Source: an uncultured Holophagales bacterium
Lineage (GTDB): Bacteria > Acidobacteriota > Thermoanaerobaculia > Multivoradales > UBA5704
Assembly: GCA_963842525.1 (NCBI GenBank)
Contig: CAWJGT010000019.1
Location: 320,001 to 384,000 of the forward strand
Direction of reading: 5' to 3'
DNA length: 64,000 bases
Part shown: piece after piece, positions 39,685-49,287 of the stretch
Position numbering within the stretch: position 1 is the stretch's first letter
Layout: every line of letters starts with the position of its first letter
Made by a program: the position numbers and the translations under genes
The notes under the pieces: model-generated
What the model was told of the DNA's origin: nothing
The model's input: only the letters and a program-made list of their open reading frames with translations
Databases searched by the model: none

Positions 39685-40992
39685 ATGCGCTGGAGACCTC
39701 TTGGCGGGATGCTGGCGACCGTGGGAATGCTGGGGATGCTCGCTGGCGGCGGTGTTGCCGCGGCGGCGACCGATCCGGCCGGGACGGCGGCAGTGGCCGA
39801 GGCCCGCGGTGCGGAGCGTCCATTCGACCCGGTGGCGGCGACGGAAGCGTACCTGGCGCGCGTGCCCCCGGACAAGCGGGCCAGCTCGGACGCCTATTTC
39901 GAAGGCGGATACTGGCTGCAGCTCTGGGGCTTCCTCTATGGGCTGGGCGTGGCCTGGCTGCTCCTCGGCACCGGGCTCTCGGCGCGCCTGCGGGACTGGC
40001 TCGAGCGGCGGATCCGTTTCCGGTTCCTGCAGGTCTTCCTCTATGCCGCCGCCTACACGGTCCTGACGACGCTGCTGACCTTCCCGCTGACCCTCTATGC
40101 GGGCTTCTTCCGCGAGCACAAGTACGGGCTCGCGACCCAGAGCTTCGCAGACTGGATGATCGACCTGCTCAAGGGCCTGGGCCTGGGGATCGTCCTCGGC
40201 GGGTTGGCGTTCACACTGCTCTATGCGGTCTTCCGCCGGGCGCCCCGGACCTGGTGGATCTGGGGCGCCGTGGTCGCCATCGTGCTGACGGTGATCGGGA
40301 TCCTGATCGCGCCCGTCTTCATCGCGCCGCTGTTCAACAAGTACACCGAGCTTCAGGAGCCGGCGTTGCGGGAGTCGATCCTCTCGCTGGCCCGGGCAAA
40401 CGGTATCCCGGCCGAGCATGTGTACGTCTTCGACGCCTCGAAGCAGACCACGCGGGTCAGCGCCAACGTGAGCGGCGTCCTCGGCACGATGCGGATCTCG
40501 CTCAATGACAACCTCTTGCGGCGCGCCTCGCCCGCCGGAGTCGAGGCGGTGATGGGCCACGAGATGGGCCACTACGTGCTCAACCACATCTACGAATCGA
40601 TCCTCTTCTTCTCCCTGGTCTTCCTGGTGGGCTTCGCCTTCCTGCGCTGGGCCTTCGACCGGGCCGTGGCCCGCTGGGGGGAGCGCTGGAGAGTGCGCGG
40701 CATCGCGGACGTGGCCGGCCTGCCGCTCCTCGCAGCCATCTTCTCGCTCTACTTCTTCGTCCTCACGCCGTTCCTCAACACCTACATCCGCACGAACGAG
40801 GCCGAGGCGGACATCTTCGGCCTGAACGCCTCCCGCGAGCCGGAGGCCTTCGCCGAAGTGGCCCTGATGCTGGGCGAATACCGCAAGCTGGCGCCGGGGC
40901 CGGTCGAGGAGTGGATCTTCTTCGACCATCCGAGCGGCCGGAACCGCATCCTGATGTCCATGCAGTGGAAGGCGGAGAACCTCAGCCGCTAG
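39685..40992 (+). CDS. M48 family (Ste24/CAAX-type) membrane zinc metallopeptidase
   Basis: Multiple TM helices, FIAPLFNKY, DAS..T...ANV.G, HEMGH, EAEAD, DHPS..R; GAGGAG RBS. Confidence 0.93.
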   Translation: MRWRPLGGMLATVGMLGMLAGGGVAAAATDPAGTAAVAEARGAERPFDPVAATEAYLARVPPDKRASSDAYFEGGYWLQLWGFLYGLGVAWLLLGTGLSARLRDWLERRIRFRFLQVFLYAAAYTVLTTLLTFPLTLYAGFFREHKYGLATQSFADWMIDLLKGLGLGIVLGGLAFTLLYAVFRRAPRTWWIWGAVVAIVLTVIGILIAPVFIAPLFNKYTELQEPALRESILSLARANGIPAEHVYVFDASKQTTRVSANVSGVLGTMRISLNDNLLRRASPAGVEAVMGHEMGHYVLNHIYESILFFSLVFLVGFAFLRWAFDRAVARWGERWRVRGIADVAGLPLLAAIFSLYFFVLTPFLNTYIRTNEAEADIFGLNASREPEAFAEVALMLGEYRKLAPGPVEEWIFFDHPSGRNRILMSMQWKAENLSR

Positions 40993-41299
40993 CTTCCGAC
41001 CATCATCTCGGGCGGGTCCGCCCGGAACACAGCGGACCCGCCCAAGCGGACAGCGGCGCCCTTGGACCCGGGGGCCGCCGTCCTTTCTCTGTTGTCAAAG
41101 AGCCGCGCAATCCGTGGCCCTCTGCCACACGCCGCAGTGCGAGCCTCGAACACGCCGATGATGCGGTAGCCTGACATAGATGAAAGGGAGACGTCAACCG
41201 GGGGCTTGACAGTTTCATGCACCTCATGCAACCTATGCACACAACGGCGCCACTTTCGTGCCGGCTTGTTCAAGCCTCCGGGCTCAAGAGGAGAAGGAA

Positions 41300-41686
41300 A
41301 TGACTGAAGCCACCCATGCAGGGAAGCTTGGCGCACTGGCGCGGTTCCTCACCGTCCTGACCGTCAATGCGTCCGAGCTCGTTCACCTGGACGGCATGCG
41401 TGCCGAGCTCGAGGCGATCGTGGCAGAAGCGCAAGGAGCCTCGCGGGAGCAGACCGCCTCGTCGCCAGCAAGCAGGAGGCGAGCCGGAGCATCCGGGTGC
41501 TGCTCACCGAAGGCGAGAGGCTGTCGACCACAGCAGGCAAGGTCCTCCAGAAGCACTACGGCCTGTGGCCGGAGAATCTCGTGGAATTCCACCTACAGCC
41601 ATTCCGAGGCCGCAAGGCCAAGGCGCCGCCAGAGCTCCCCGTCCGGCCCCGCGACTCCCGCGGCCCTCGCGATCGACACCCTGTAG
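41300..41686 (+). CDS. Small helical/coiled-coil hypothetical protein, frameshifted
   Basis: ATG after GAGGAGAAGG; MTEATHAGKLG..NASELVHL..RAELEAIV / ASKQEASR..LLTEGERL..KHYG...ENLVEFHLQPFRGRK. End approximate. Confidence 0.65.
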   Translation: MTEATHAGKLGALARFLTVLTVNASELVHLDGMRAELEAIVAEAQGASREQTASSPASRRRAGASGCCSPKARGCRPQQARSSRSTTACGRRISWNSTYSHSEAARPRRRQSSPSGPATPAALAIDTL

Positions 41687-41779
41687 CCTCCACCCCTCCG
41701 GCGAGCGTGCCCGTCATGCTCCCTCGTGTTCCGCTCCCTCTCCGAAGGCGCCCACCGCTGTCCAAGTGTACCCAGCGCA

Positions 41780-42157
41780 GAGAACGGTATCCACGCCAGC
41801 GTAAGCTTATCCACCGCAGATAAGCTTATCCGAGCCAGCGTAAGCTTATCTGGCGTAGATAACACTATCCGGCGCAGATAACGTTATCCGGCGCGGATAA
41901 GCTTATCTACGGCAGTGTAAGCTTATCCAGCGCAGATAAGCTTATCTGGCGCAGATAACACTATCTGGCCCAGATAACGTTATCCAGCGTGGATAAGCTT
42001 ATCCGTGCCAGTGTAAGCTTATCTGGCGCAGATAAGCTTATCCAGCGCAGATAAGCTTATCCAGCGCAGATAACGTTATCTGGCACGGATAACACTATCT
42101 ACCGCGGATAACGTTATCTGGGCCAGTGTAAGCTTATCTGGCGCGGATACGCTTATC
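41780..42157. repeat. Array of ~20 palindromic 12-bp cores at a 19-20 bp period
   Basis: GATAAGCTTATC, GATAACGTTATC, GATAACACTATC and (C/T)GTAAGCTTATC cores at 41800, 41819, 41839, 41858 ... 42127, 42146, with 7-8 bp GC-rich linkers. Confidence 0.97.
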
Positions 42158-42662
42158 CGGAGCATGTGGCAGTATCCCCAGCCGATGTCCTTCATCCCAT
42201 AATACGCGCCAAGGACGACGGCGCTCTACCTCGTCAGTTACATGGAGCCGTAAGCAGGTTGTGTAGACCCGTGTCCGCTGGGCTGGGAGGTCGGCGCGTG
42301 AAGTGCTTTGAGTCGGTGCCGCACGTGGCGCACAACGATATGGGCCTCAGCGGGCGGAACCGCGCATTATGCGGTTCCCTTCCGCTGCAGGCCTGGGTTG
42401 GCCGCCCTTCGCGAAGCGAGGCCATCGCACGAGTTACCTGCCGGCCCTTGTTGCTCTTGCGGTACTTGTCGCATTTCTATCCCGCGGGCCACGATCGACT
42501 CATTTGGGCTTGGCCGAGAGGATTTCATTCGCCACTCCGAACCCCTCGATCGCCTGCCAGCTCGCGATGAGGAAACACCCTAGGGAAGCGAGACTGCATA
42601 AGAGCGTGATTCCAAACATGCAGGCCCTTGTTCTGTTCGAGGTGGTGGTGCGGGAAGAGCCC

Positions 42663-42871
42663 TGACGGGGCTCGGGCATAGAGCCTGGCGCTTCAGCGCC
42701 AGGTAGGGCATCCCCATTTTCCCTAAGCCCTGAAGGGGCGGGGGCATTCTTCGGCCTCAATCTGTGTGCTCCCACCACCGCATCGGGGCTCGCGCCCCTC
42801 GCCCGTGCCGTCGCCCCTTCAGGGCTTGGGTCAATATCGGGTCTCGGTCCTGGGGTTGAAACCCCAGGCTT
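42663..42871. repeat. REP/REPIN-like palindromic cluster (5' flank of the intron)
   Basis: CCTGGCGCTTCAGCGCCAGG, AGCCCTGAAGGGGCG, CGCCCCTTCAGGGCT and CCTGGGGTTGAAACCCCAGG hairpins. Confidence 0.8.
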
Positions 42872-44712
42872 GTGCGCCCGTGAGCGCACACGTTCAGAGA
42901 GGTGAAAGTCCTCTTCAGGCATACGCTCTCCGGCCTGTAACCGAAGGTAACTGCGTCGCCCAAAGCGAGGTGGAGAGCAACCGGAGGTGAGAGACCAGTC
43001 CGCAGGAGACGAAATCGATTCGGCCTTGTGACCCCGACGAGCCTGCAAGCCACTGGCGAAGTCTGGACCCTCAAGGGAGACCCATCGAGCTGAGGGGTAG
43101 CGTGCGAAAGCGGCGATGGGGGGGCGTAGGGTGATTGGATGCAGAATGGTCTCAAAGGACGTGTGACGTGAAGCGGGGAGACCTCGGTCGGGCAGGAGAC
43201 TTGCCGAGGAGTCAGAGTCCTCATAGGAGCTGAGAAGCGCCGTAACGGGCGTGGAGCAAAGGGGGACAGGGAGGTGGATGCGTGACGACTGGACAAGCGG
43301 AAAGCAACCGCGCGTCAGTGCCTGTAAGGGCTAAACAAGCCGGAGAAGTCCGGGGCCGGTGGCCCTGGGTGGAACCGCATGTCTGGACGGATCGCATGTT
43401 GACGGCCCTCGAAGCTGGGGTCCAAGGAGGCCAATGGTTCAGTCTGATCGACAAGGTCTATGACTCGCGCAACCTGGACTCTTCCTACCAGCGGGTCAGG
43501 CGGAACCAGGGAAGCGCTGGGGTTGACCACGTGACGGTCGCGCAGTTCAGCGCCCACCTCGGCAAGAACCTGGAGAACCTGGCGGCTAGTCTGAAAGACG
43601 GCAGTTATCGTCCGCAGGCGATTCGCCGGGTGTGGATACCCAAGCCGGGTAGCTCCGAGGAGCGCCCTCTGGGGATTCCGACGGTTCAAGACCGGGTGGT
43701 GCAAGGAGCGCTGCGCAATGTCTTGGAACCGATCTTCGAACGGGAGTTTGCAGCCCAGAGCTACGGATTCCGTCCGGGGAGAAGTACCAAGGCTGCGCTG
43801 CGTCGCGTCTCGGAGCTGCTGGAGGCCGGCTATACCCATGTGGTGGACGCCGACCTGCGCAGCTATTACGACACGATCCCTCGCCAGGGTTTGATGGCGA
43901 GAATCGAAGCGAAGGTATCGGACGGCCGGGTCTTGGACCTGGTGCGTGCCTTTCTCGACCAGGAAGTGATGGTGGGTCTGGAGCACTGGACTCCTGAGGA
44001 GGGAACTCCACAAGGAGCGGTGATCAGTCCCCTGCTGTCGAATATCTACCTGGACCCTCTCGACCATCAAATGGCCGAACAAGGTTATGAGATGGTGCGG
44101 TACGCTGATGACTTCGTGATTTTGTGCCGTAGCCGAGAAGAGGCCGAGCGAGCGTTGGCGGAGGTGGAGGAGTGGACGGCAGCCGCCGGTCTGCAACTTC
44201 ATCCCGACAAGACGCGCATCGTGGACGCCACCCAGCCGGGTGGCTTCGACTTCCTTGGGTACCACTTCGAGCGCGGCTATCGCTGGCCGAGCAAGAAGAG
44301 CCTGAAGAAGCACAAGGACACGATCCGTTCCCACACCAAGCGCACGCACGGCATCAGCCTGCGAGAGATCATCCGCCGAGTCAACGCAGTCCGTCGGGGC
44401 TGGTTTGAGTACTTCAAACACAGTCACGGCACCACGTTCAAGCCTCTCGACCAGTGGGTGCGGATGCGCCTGAGGAGCATCCTTCGCCACCGGCAAGGGA
44501 GACGAGGACGTGGCCGGGGTCAGGACCATCATCGCTGGCCGAACGCCTTCTTTGCTGAGCATGGGTTGTTCTCCTACGTCACAGCCTATGCTCAGGCCCG
44601 TCAATCCTCTAGCAGGTAAAACCACCAACTGGAGAGCCGGATGCGGGAGATCCGCATGTCCGGTTCGGAGGGAGGGGGAGCCGGGAACTCAACCGGCCCT
44701 CCCTACCCCTAT
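42872..44712 (+). mobile_element. Group II intron (ribozyme plus RT/maturase)
   Basis: 5' GTGCG at 42872; domain V GAGCCGGATGCGGGAGATCCGCATGTCCGGTTC at 44634-44666; domain VI ending CCTACCCCTAT at 44712. Confidence 0.93.
43282..44619 (+). CDS. ltrA: Group II intron reverse transcriptase/maturase, no endonuclease domain
   Basis: GSAGVD, IPKP..RPLGIPTVQDRVVQ, SYGFRPGRS, GTPQGAVISPLLSNIYL, RYADD, FDFLGY, X domain RGWFEYF. Confidence 0.97.
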   Translation: MTTGQAESNRASVPVRAKQAGEVRGRWPWVEPHVWTDRMLTALEAGVQGGQWFSLIDKVYDSRNLDSSYQRVRRNQGSAGVDHVTVAQFSAHLGKNLENLAASLKDGSYRPQAIRRVWIPKPGSSEERPLGIPTVQDRVVQGALRNVLEPIFEREFAAQSYGFRPGRSTKAALRRVSELLEAGYTHVVDADLRSYYDTIPRQGLMARIEAKVSDGRVLDLVRAFLDQEVMVGLEHWTPEEGTPQGAVISPLLSNIYLDPLDHQMAEQGYEMVRYADDFVILCRSREEAERALAEVEEWTAAAGLQLHPDKTRIVDATQPGGFDFLGYHFERGYRWPSKKSLKKHKDTIRSHTKRTHGISLREIIRRVNAVRRGWFEYFKHSHGTTFKPLDQWVRMRLRSILRHRQGRRGRGRGQDHHRWPNAFFAEHGLFSYVTAYAQARQSSSR

Positions 44713-44998
44713 TATGCCTATGCCCCTTCGGGGCTCCTCTCAATCCACGCACAGAACCGAACAAAAATGTGTGTAAGAGGGCGGTTTCAACCCGGGGTGC
44801 GGATGGCTACCAAGCCATTCCCGAGCCCCTTTCAGGGGCGATGGCACGGGCGCAATGCCGTCGGTGTGAGGTGTCCGCGACGGCGGACCGGTGCGCCACC
44901 AACCCTCGCCGGTGCCCCTGAAGGGGCTCGAAAACGAAATCGGTCTCCGCAACCCCGGGTTGAAACCCGGGGCTACATGCCGGCGCCCACAAGGGGCG
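44713..44998. repeat. REP/REPIN-like palindromic cluster (3' flank of the intron)
   Basis: GCCCCTTCGGGGC, AGCCCCTTTCAGGGGCG, GCCCCTGAAGGGGCT, CCCCGGGTTGAAACCCGGGG. Confidence 0.8.
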
Positions 44999-45067
44999 CT
45001 TCCCCCGCCCCCCGATATGTGTAACGGCATGGTGTCAACCTGGGTCGATCGGGCCAGGGGGTGAGGT

Positions 45068-46627
45068 CTACGTCAGCACATATCCCCGCGCCAGCTCCGT
45101 GTACTCCTCGACCTGCTGACGCTCCCAGCCCGCATCCCGCCCCAGCTCTTCCGCAAGCAGGCGCGCCACCGCGGGGGCGGCCTCGGCGCTGGCCCTGGCG
45201 TCGAGCAGCAGGGAGCGGGTGCGGCGGGCGAGGACGTCCTCGACCGTGCGGGCCATCTCGTGGCGGGCGGCCCAGACCACCTCGCAGAGCCGGTAGGGGA
45301 GGCGTGGATGGAGAAGACCCTCCCAGCCGGGACGCTCCCCGGCGAGCTCGTCCACGGCCGGGGCGTCCGCGCCATAGGCGGTCCCCTCCACGGGCTGGAC
45401 CTGCTCCGTCCAACCGTGCAACGGCAGCGACGCCGTGACCGAAGGGAGGTCCTCCAGACCTGCTGCCCGTGCGGCCTCGTCGATCGTGTCCTCGCCCATC
45501 TTGCGGTAGGTGGTCCACTTGCCTCCCGTGATGGTGACCAGGCCCGAGGGGGAGACGAGCAGCGTGTGGTCGCGCGCCAGGGAGGAGGTGCTCTTGCCGT
45601 CCTTCGCCGCCCGCACCAGAGGCCGCAGGCCGGCAAAACAGGAGAGGACGTCTGCCGGTCCCGGATCGTGGTCGAGGTAGCGGGCGGCGTGTCGGAGGAG
45701 GAAATCGACCTCCTGCGGCAGCGGGCGCGGCTCGGGCGACGGCTCGCTCACGGGCGTATCGGTGGTCCCCACCACCACGCGCCCGCGCCAGGGGACCGCG
45801 AAGAGGACCCGGCGGTCGTCGGTGTGCGGGACCATGATCGCGCAGTCGCCGGGCAGGAAGGACCGGTCGAGGACCAGATGGACACCCTGGCTGGGTGCCA
45901 GAAGCGGTGGGCTGTCCGGCTCGTCCATCTGCCGCAGGCCGTCCGCGAAGACGCCGGTGGCGTTGATCACGACCTTCGCCAGGACCTCGTGCTCCGTGCC
46001 GGTCTCGAGGTCGCGGACCACGGCGCCACGGATCTTTCCTTCGTCCTTGAGGAGCGCGACGGCCTCGGCGTAGTTGACCGCGGTCCCGCCGAGGTTGTCG
46101 ACCAGGGTGCGGGCGAGGGTGACGGCGAGGCGGGCGTCGTCGAACTGGGCGTCGTAGTAGAGGATGCCGCCGCGCAGCTCATGCGGCTCGACCGTGGGGA
46201 TGCGCTCCAGCGTCTCCTCGCGCGAAAGGTGGCGGGACGGGCCCAGGCCCATCCGTCCGGCGAGCAGGTCGTAGAGCTTGAGCCCGGCACCGTAGAAAGG
46301 CGCCTCCCACCAGTCGTAGTTGGGCACCACGAAGGCCAGGTTGTGCACCAGATGAGGGGTGTTGCGCAGCAGGAGACCCCGCTCGCGGAGGGCCTCCAGC
46401 ACCAGCCCGACGTTCCCCTGGGCGAGGTAGCGCACCCCGCCGTGGACCAGCTTGGTGCTGCGGCTGGACGTCCCCTTGGCGAAGTCGTGGCGCTCGACGA
46501 GCAGCGTCCGGTATCCCCGGGACGCCGCCTCCACCGCCACGCCGAGACCCGTCGCCCCGCCGCCCACTACGAGGACGTCCCAGGGCTCGGGCTCGCGGAG
46601 CTGCTCCAGCGCGTGCTCGCGGTTCAT
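45068..46627 (-). CDS. glpD: FAD-dependent glycerol-3-phosphate dehydrogenase/oxidase
   Basis: DVLVVGGGATGLG, DFAKGTSSRSTKLVHGGVRYL, DDARL, GGKWTTYRKM, EMARTVEDVLARRTR. Confidence 0.95.
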   Translation of the reverse strand: MNREHALEQLREPEPWDVLVVGGGATGLGVAVEAASRGYRTLLVERHDFAKGTSSRSTKLVHGGVRYLAQGNVGLVLEALRERGLLLRNTPHLVHNLAFVVPNYDWWEAPFYGAGLKLYDLLAGRMGLGPSRHLSREETLERIPTVEPHELRGGILYYDAQFDDARLAVTLARTLVDNLGGTAVNYAEAVALLKDEGKIRGAVVRDLETGTEHEVLAKVVINATGVFADGLRQMDEPDSPPLLAPSQGVHLVLDRSFLPGDCAIMVPHTDDRRVLFAVPWRGRVVVGTTDTPVSEPSPEPRPLPQEVDFLLRHAARYLDHDPGPADVLSCFAGLRPLVRAAKDGKSTSSLARDHTLLVSPSGLVTITGGKWTTYRKMGEDTIDEAARAAGLEDLPSVTASLPLHGWTEQVQPVEGTAYGADAPAVDELAGERPGWEGLLHPRLPYRLCEVVWAARHEMARTVEDVLARRTRSLLLDARASAEAAPAVARLLAEELGRDAGWERQQVEEYTELARGYVLT

Positions 46628-46639
46628 CGCGAGGAGACT

Positions 46640-48400
46640 CTACTGCCCCCCGCCGCTCTCGATCTGCTTCAGCCGCTCGAGGTTCTGGGCGGCCATCTGG
46701 TCCTGCGGGTTGATCTTGAGGACCCGCTCCAGGAAGGCCTTGGCCTCGGGAGTCCGGCCGGTGGAGAGGAGGAGCACGGCGAGGTCGTTCATCGCCGCTG
46801 TGTGCCGGGGCGCGATTTCGAGGGCCCGGCGCAGGTCCTTCTCGGCTGCGGTCATGTCCCGGCGGGACATCTGGACGACGCCGCGCTGGTAGATCAGGTC
46901 GGGGTTGTCCGGCTGGAGCTGGAGGGCCGCCTCGGCGGCCTGGAGCGCCTCGACGGGGCGCTGCAGAAGGAGCAGGAGCTGGACCTCGAGGAGCCGCGGC
47001 CGCAGCTCGGACGGCGAGGCCTTGATCTCCCGGCGGACCGCCTCCACGGCCTTCGCGCTCTCGCCGCGGGACATCAGGCCCAGGGCTTCCTGCATGTCCT
47101 CGCTGAGGACCGGCTGGGCCGGCGCGCTCGGCGTGGCGCCCTGGGCCGGCCCCGGAGCCTGTGCCGGAGGCGGAGCCGGAGGCGCGGCCGGCCGCGTGGC
47201 CGCCTGGACCAGCTCGTCGACCCTGGCGCGCGCCTTCTGGGCGTCGTCCTTGCGGCCGGCGGCGTCGAGGGCCTGCGCCAGCCCCTTCCAGGTCTCCTGG
47301 CCCTGCGGGTGGAGGCTCGTCGCCTTCTCCAGGTACGGCACCGCTTCCTTGGCCCGCCCGGCCTCGACCAGCAGGCTGCCGAGCTCGACCGCGATGCCCA
47401 CGGCGGGGCGCGGATCGCCGACCTTCGCAGGATCGGCGGGGATCTTGTCGGCCAGCGGCTTCAGGGTCGCGATGGCCGCCGCGGCATTGCCGGACCGCCG
47501 CTGCGCCCGGCCGAGGAGGAGGACCAGGCCCGGATGGCTGCCGGTGTGCCCCTGGAGGACCTGCAGGGTCTGGGCGGGCTCGCCGGCCGCAAGGTGGGCT
47601 TCGGCGAGGGCGCGGCGCACCTCGAGGTCCATCCCCTGGGGGTGCTTGTCCAGGAGCGGCTTCAGGACGGCGACCGCCTCCTTGCCGTTGCCCTTCTGGG
47701 CCAGCGCCCGGCCGCGCAGCAGCCGGATGGCGGGATCGTCCGCCGGCAGTCCGGCGAGGAGCGTCTCGGCCTCGTCCGGGCGCTCGAGCACCAGGGCGAG
47801 GGAGGCGGCCATCAGCCGCGCGTCGCCGTCCTGGGGGTTGCGCAGGGCCCAGGGGACGAGGAGCCCGTAGGCCTCCACCACCTTGCCCTCGCGCATCATG
47901 GCGAAGCCGAGGTCGCGCGCCGCCGGGGAGGCCGGAGCCTGGAGCGCCGCCCGGATCAGATAGGTGCGGGAGCTCTCGTTCTGGCCGACGGCCGCGGCGG
48001 CCCGCGAGGCGTTGTAGAGGACCGCCGGGTTCGCCCCCTCGAGATCGGCCAGCGGCTTGAGCACCGCCAGAGCGTCCTGCGGCCGGCTCGCTTGCAGGTA
48101 GAGGGCTCCCAGCAGCGAGCGGGCGGGGGCCGTCAGCTCGTTGCGCCGGCCTTCCAGCATCTGGACGGCGCCCGCCACGTCGCCGGCCTCGACCTTCTTC
48201 AAGGCCTCGTCCATGAGCGGATCGGCGGGAGCTGCCGGGGCGGCAGCAGGCTGGGAAGGCTGCTGGGTCTGGACCGGCTGGGCCGGGGCCGGCTGGCTAC
48301 CCGCGGCCGGCGGGTTCTGGGCCTCGGAAGCCTTCTGCTGGCCGCACGCCGGCGACCAGGCCAGGAGTGGCAGGATCAAGAGGACGCTGAGCTTCTTCAT
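46640..48400 (-). CDS. Exported TPR-repeat protein
   Basis: Signal-like MKKLSVLLILPLLAWSPACG, Pro/Gln linker, many TPR-like helices. Confidence 0.85.
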   Translation of the reverse strand: MKKLSVLLILPLLAWSPACGQQKASEAQNPPAAGSQPAPAQPVQTQQPSQPAAAPAAPADPLMDEALKKVEAGDVAGAVQMLEGRRNELTAPARSLLGALYLQASRPQDALAVLKPLADLEGANPAVLYNASRAAAAVGQNESSRTYLIRAALQAPASPAARDLGFAMMREGKVVEAYGLLVPWALRNPQDGDARLMAASLALVLERPDEAETLLAGLPADDPAIRLLRGRALAQKGNGKEAVAVLKPLLDKHPQGMDLEVRRALAEAHLAAGEPAQTLQVLQGHTGSHPGLVLLLGRAQRRSGNAAAAIATLKPLADKIPADPAKVGDPRPAVGIAVELGSLLVEAGRAKEAVPYLEKATSLHPQGQETWKGLAQALDAAGRKDDAQKARARVDELVQAATRPAAPPAPPPAQAPGPAQGATPSAPAQPVLSEDMQEALGLMSRGESAKAVEAVRREIKASPSELRPRLLEVQLLLLLQRPVEALQAAEAALQLQPDNPDLIYQRGVVQMSRRDMTAAEKDLRRALEIAPRHTAAMNDLAVLLLSTGRTPEAKAFLERVLKINPQDQMAAQNLERLKQIESGGGQ

Positions 48401-48495
48401 CGGTCGGGCTCCGATCGTTTGCACGTCTGATTCTCTCTTGGGAACGTTTTGGCGGAAGCGGGTGTTCCCGTTGTGCGCTGGCCAGTCGTGAGCCG

Positions 48496-49140
48496 TCACA
48501 TGGCTCCCTGCTCGCCATAGAGCAGCGCTGCCCGCAAGACCTCTTGCAGCTTTCCTTGCCGCAGGGCGGCCAAAGGGTTCCTGCCCTTGAGAGCTGCGTT
48601 CTCGCTCAGGAAGAAAGCCAGCTTCATCCAGGGATCGTGCTCGGCGAGGGTCCTCAGCACCTCTTCAAACCCCTGCAAGACACCGCCGGGGCCAAACTGC
48701 CAGGCGGGGAAGGCATACCCATGCCGGCCACAGTCGACGGCGAGCAACCGCCCGGCCCGATAGCGCTTGTAGACCGCCTGCCGGGAGAGGTTCAAGAGAG
48801 ACGCCACCTCCTGGATGCCGAGAGTTCCTCCTTCGGCGGTCAGGAGCCGTTGTCTCGCCTCGACGCCACGAAGCCGGGCTTCGGCCAAGGGGTCATCCTG
48901 GGTCAGGACCGCAAGGCCCGGTGCCGATTCCAGCGCTGTGAGCAGGACGCCATAGTCCGATGGAGCCGAGACAGCCTCCCGCAGGGAGGCCTCTCCCATG
49001 TGCGCCGAGAGCCGCGCTACCGCCCGCAGGGCCCGCCGGGCAAACGCCCCGCGAACGGAAGCATCGCCGGGATGGACTAGGCCACGCACAGTCTTCTCGA
49101 TCTCGTCGTCGTAGGAGGTGAGTTGAGCGGTTGCGGTCAT
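48496..49140 (-). CDS. HTH protein resembling Xre/MbcA/ParS-type antitoxins of RES toxin modules
   Basis: EGGTLGIQEVASLLNLSRQAVYKRYRAGRLLAV..YAFPAWQF..DPW...FFLSEN..L.GRNPL.AL. Confidence 0.7.
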   Translation of the reverse strand: MTATAQLTSYDDEIEKTVRGLVHPGDASVRGAFARRALRAVARLSAHMGEASLREAVSAPSDYGVLLTALESAPGLAVLTQDDPLAEARLRGVEARQRLLTAEGGTLGIQEVASLLNLSRQAVYKRYRAGRLLAVDCGRHGYAFPAWQFGPGGVLQGFEEVLRTLAEHDPWMKLAFFLSENAALKGRNPLAALRQGKLQEVLRAALLYGEQGAM

Positions 49141-49287
49141 GAGGAAGCCCGCCTTCTGGTCCGGTTGACGTTTTATCACGGACCAGAAAAATGGTAACCC
49201 GCGCTGGCGCACGACACACACGAGGCAATTGAATTTCGTCGCTTAGAATGCTATATACTCTTTATGTTCTTCCGAAGGGAGGCTCTG

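Noticed and set aside
41780-42157. CRISPR array
   Set aside because: Repeats are 12 bp with 7-8 bp near-repetitive linkers; no unique spacers and no cas genes in the window.
19171-44619. Diversity-generating retroelement (RT plus near-identical repeats)
   Set aside because: The RT is inside a group II intron with domains V and VI; the duplicated block is long, far away, and its differences are not adenine-specific.
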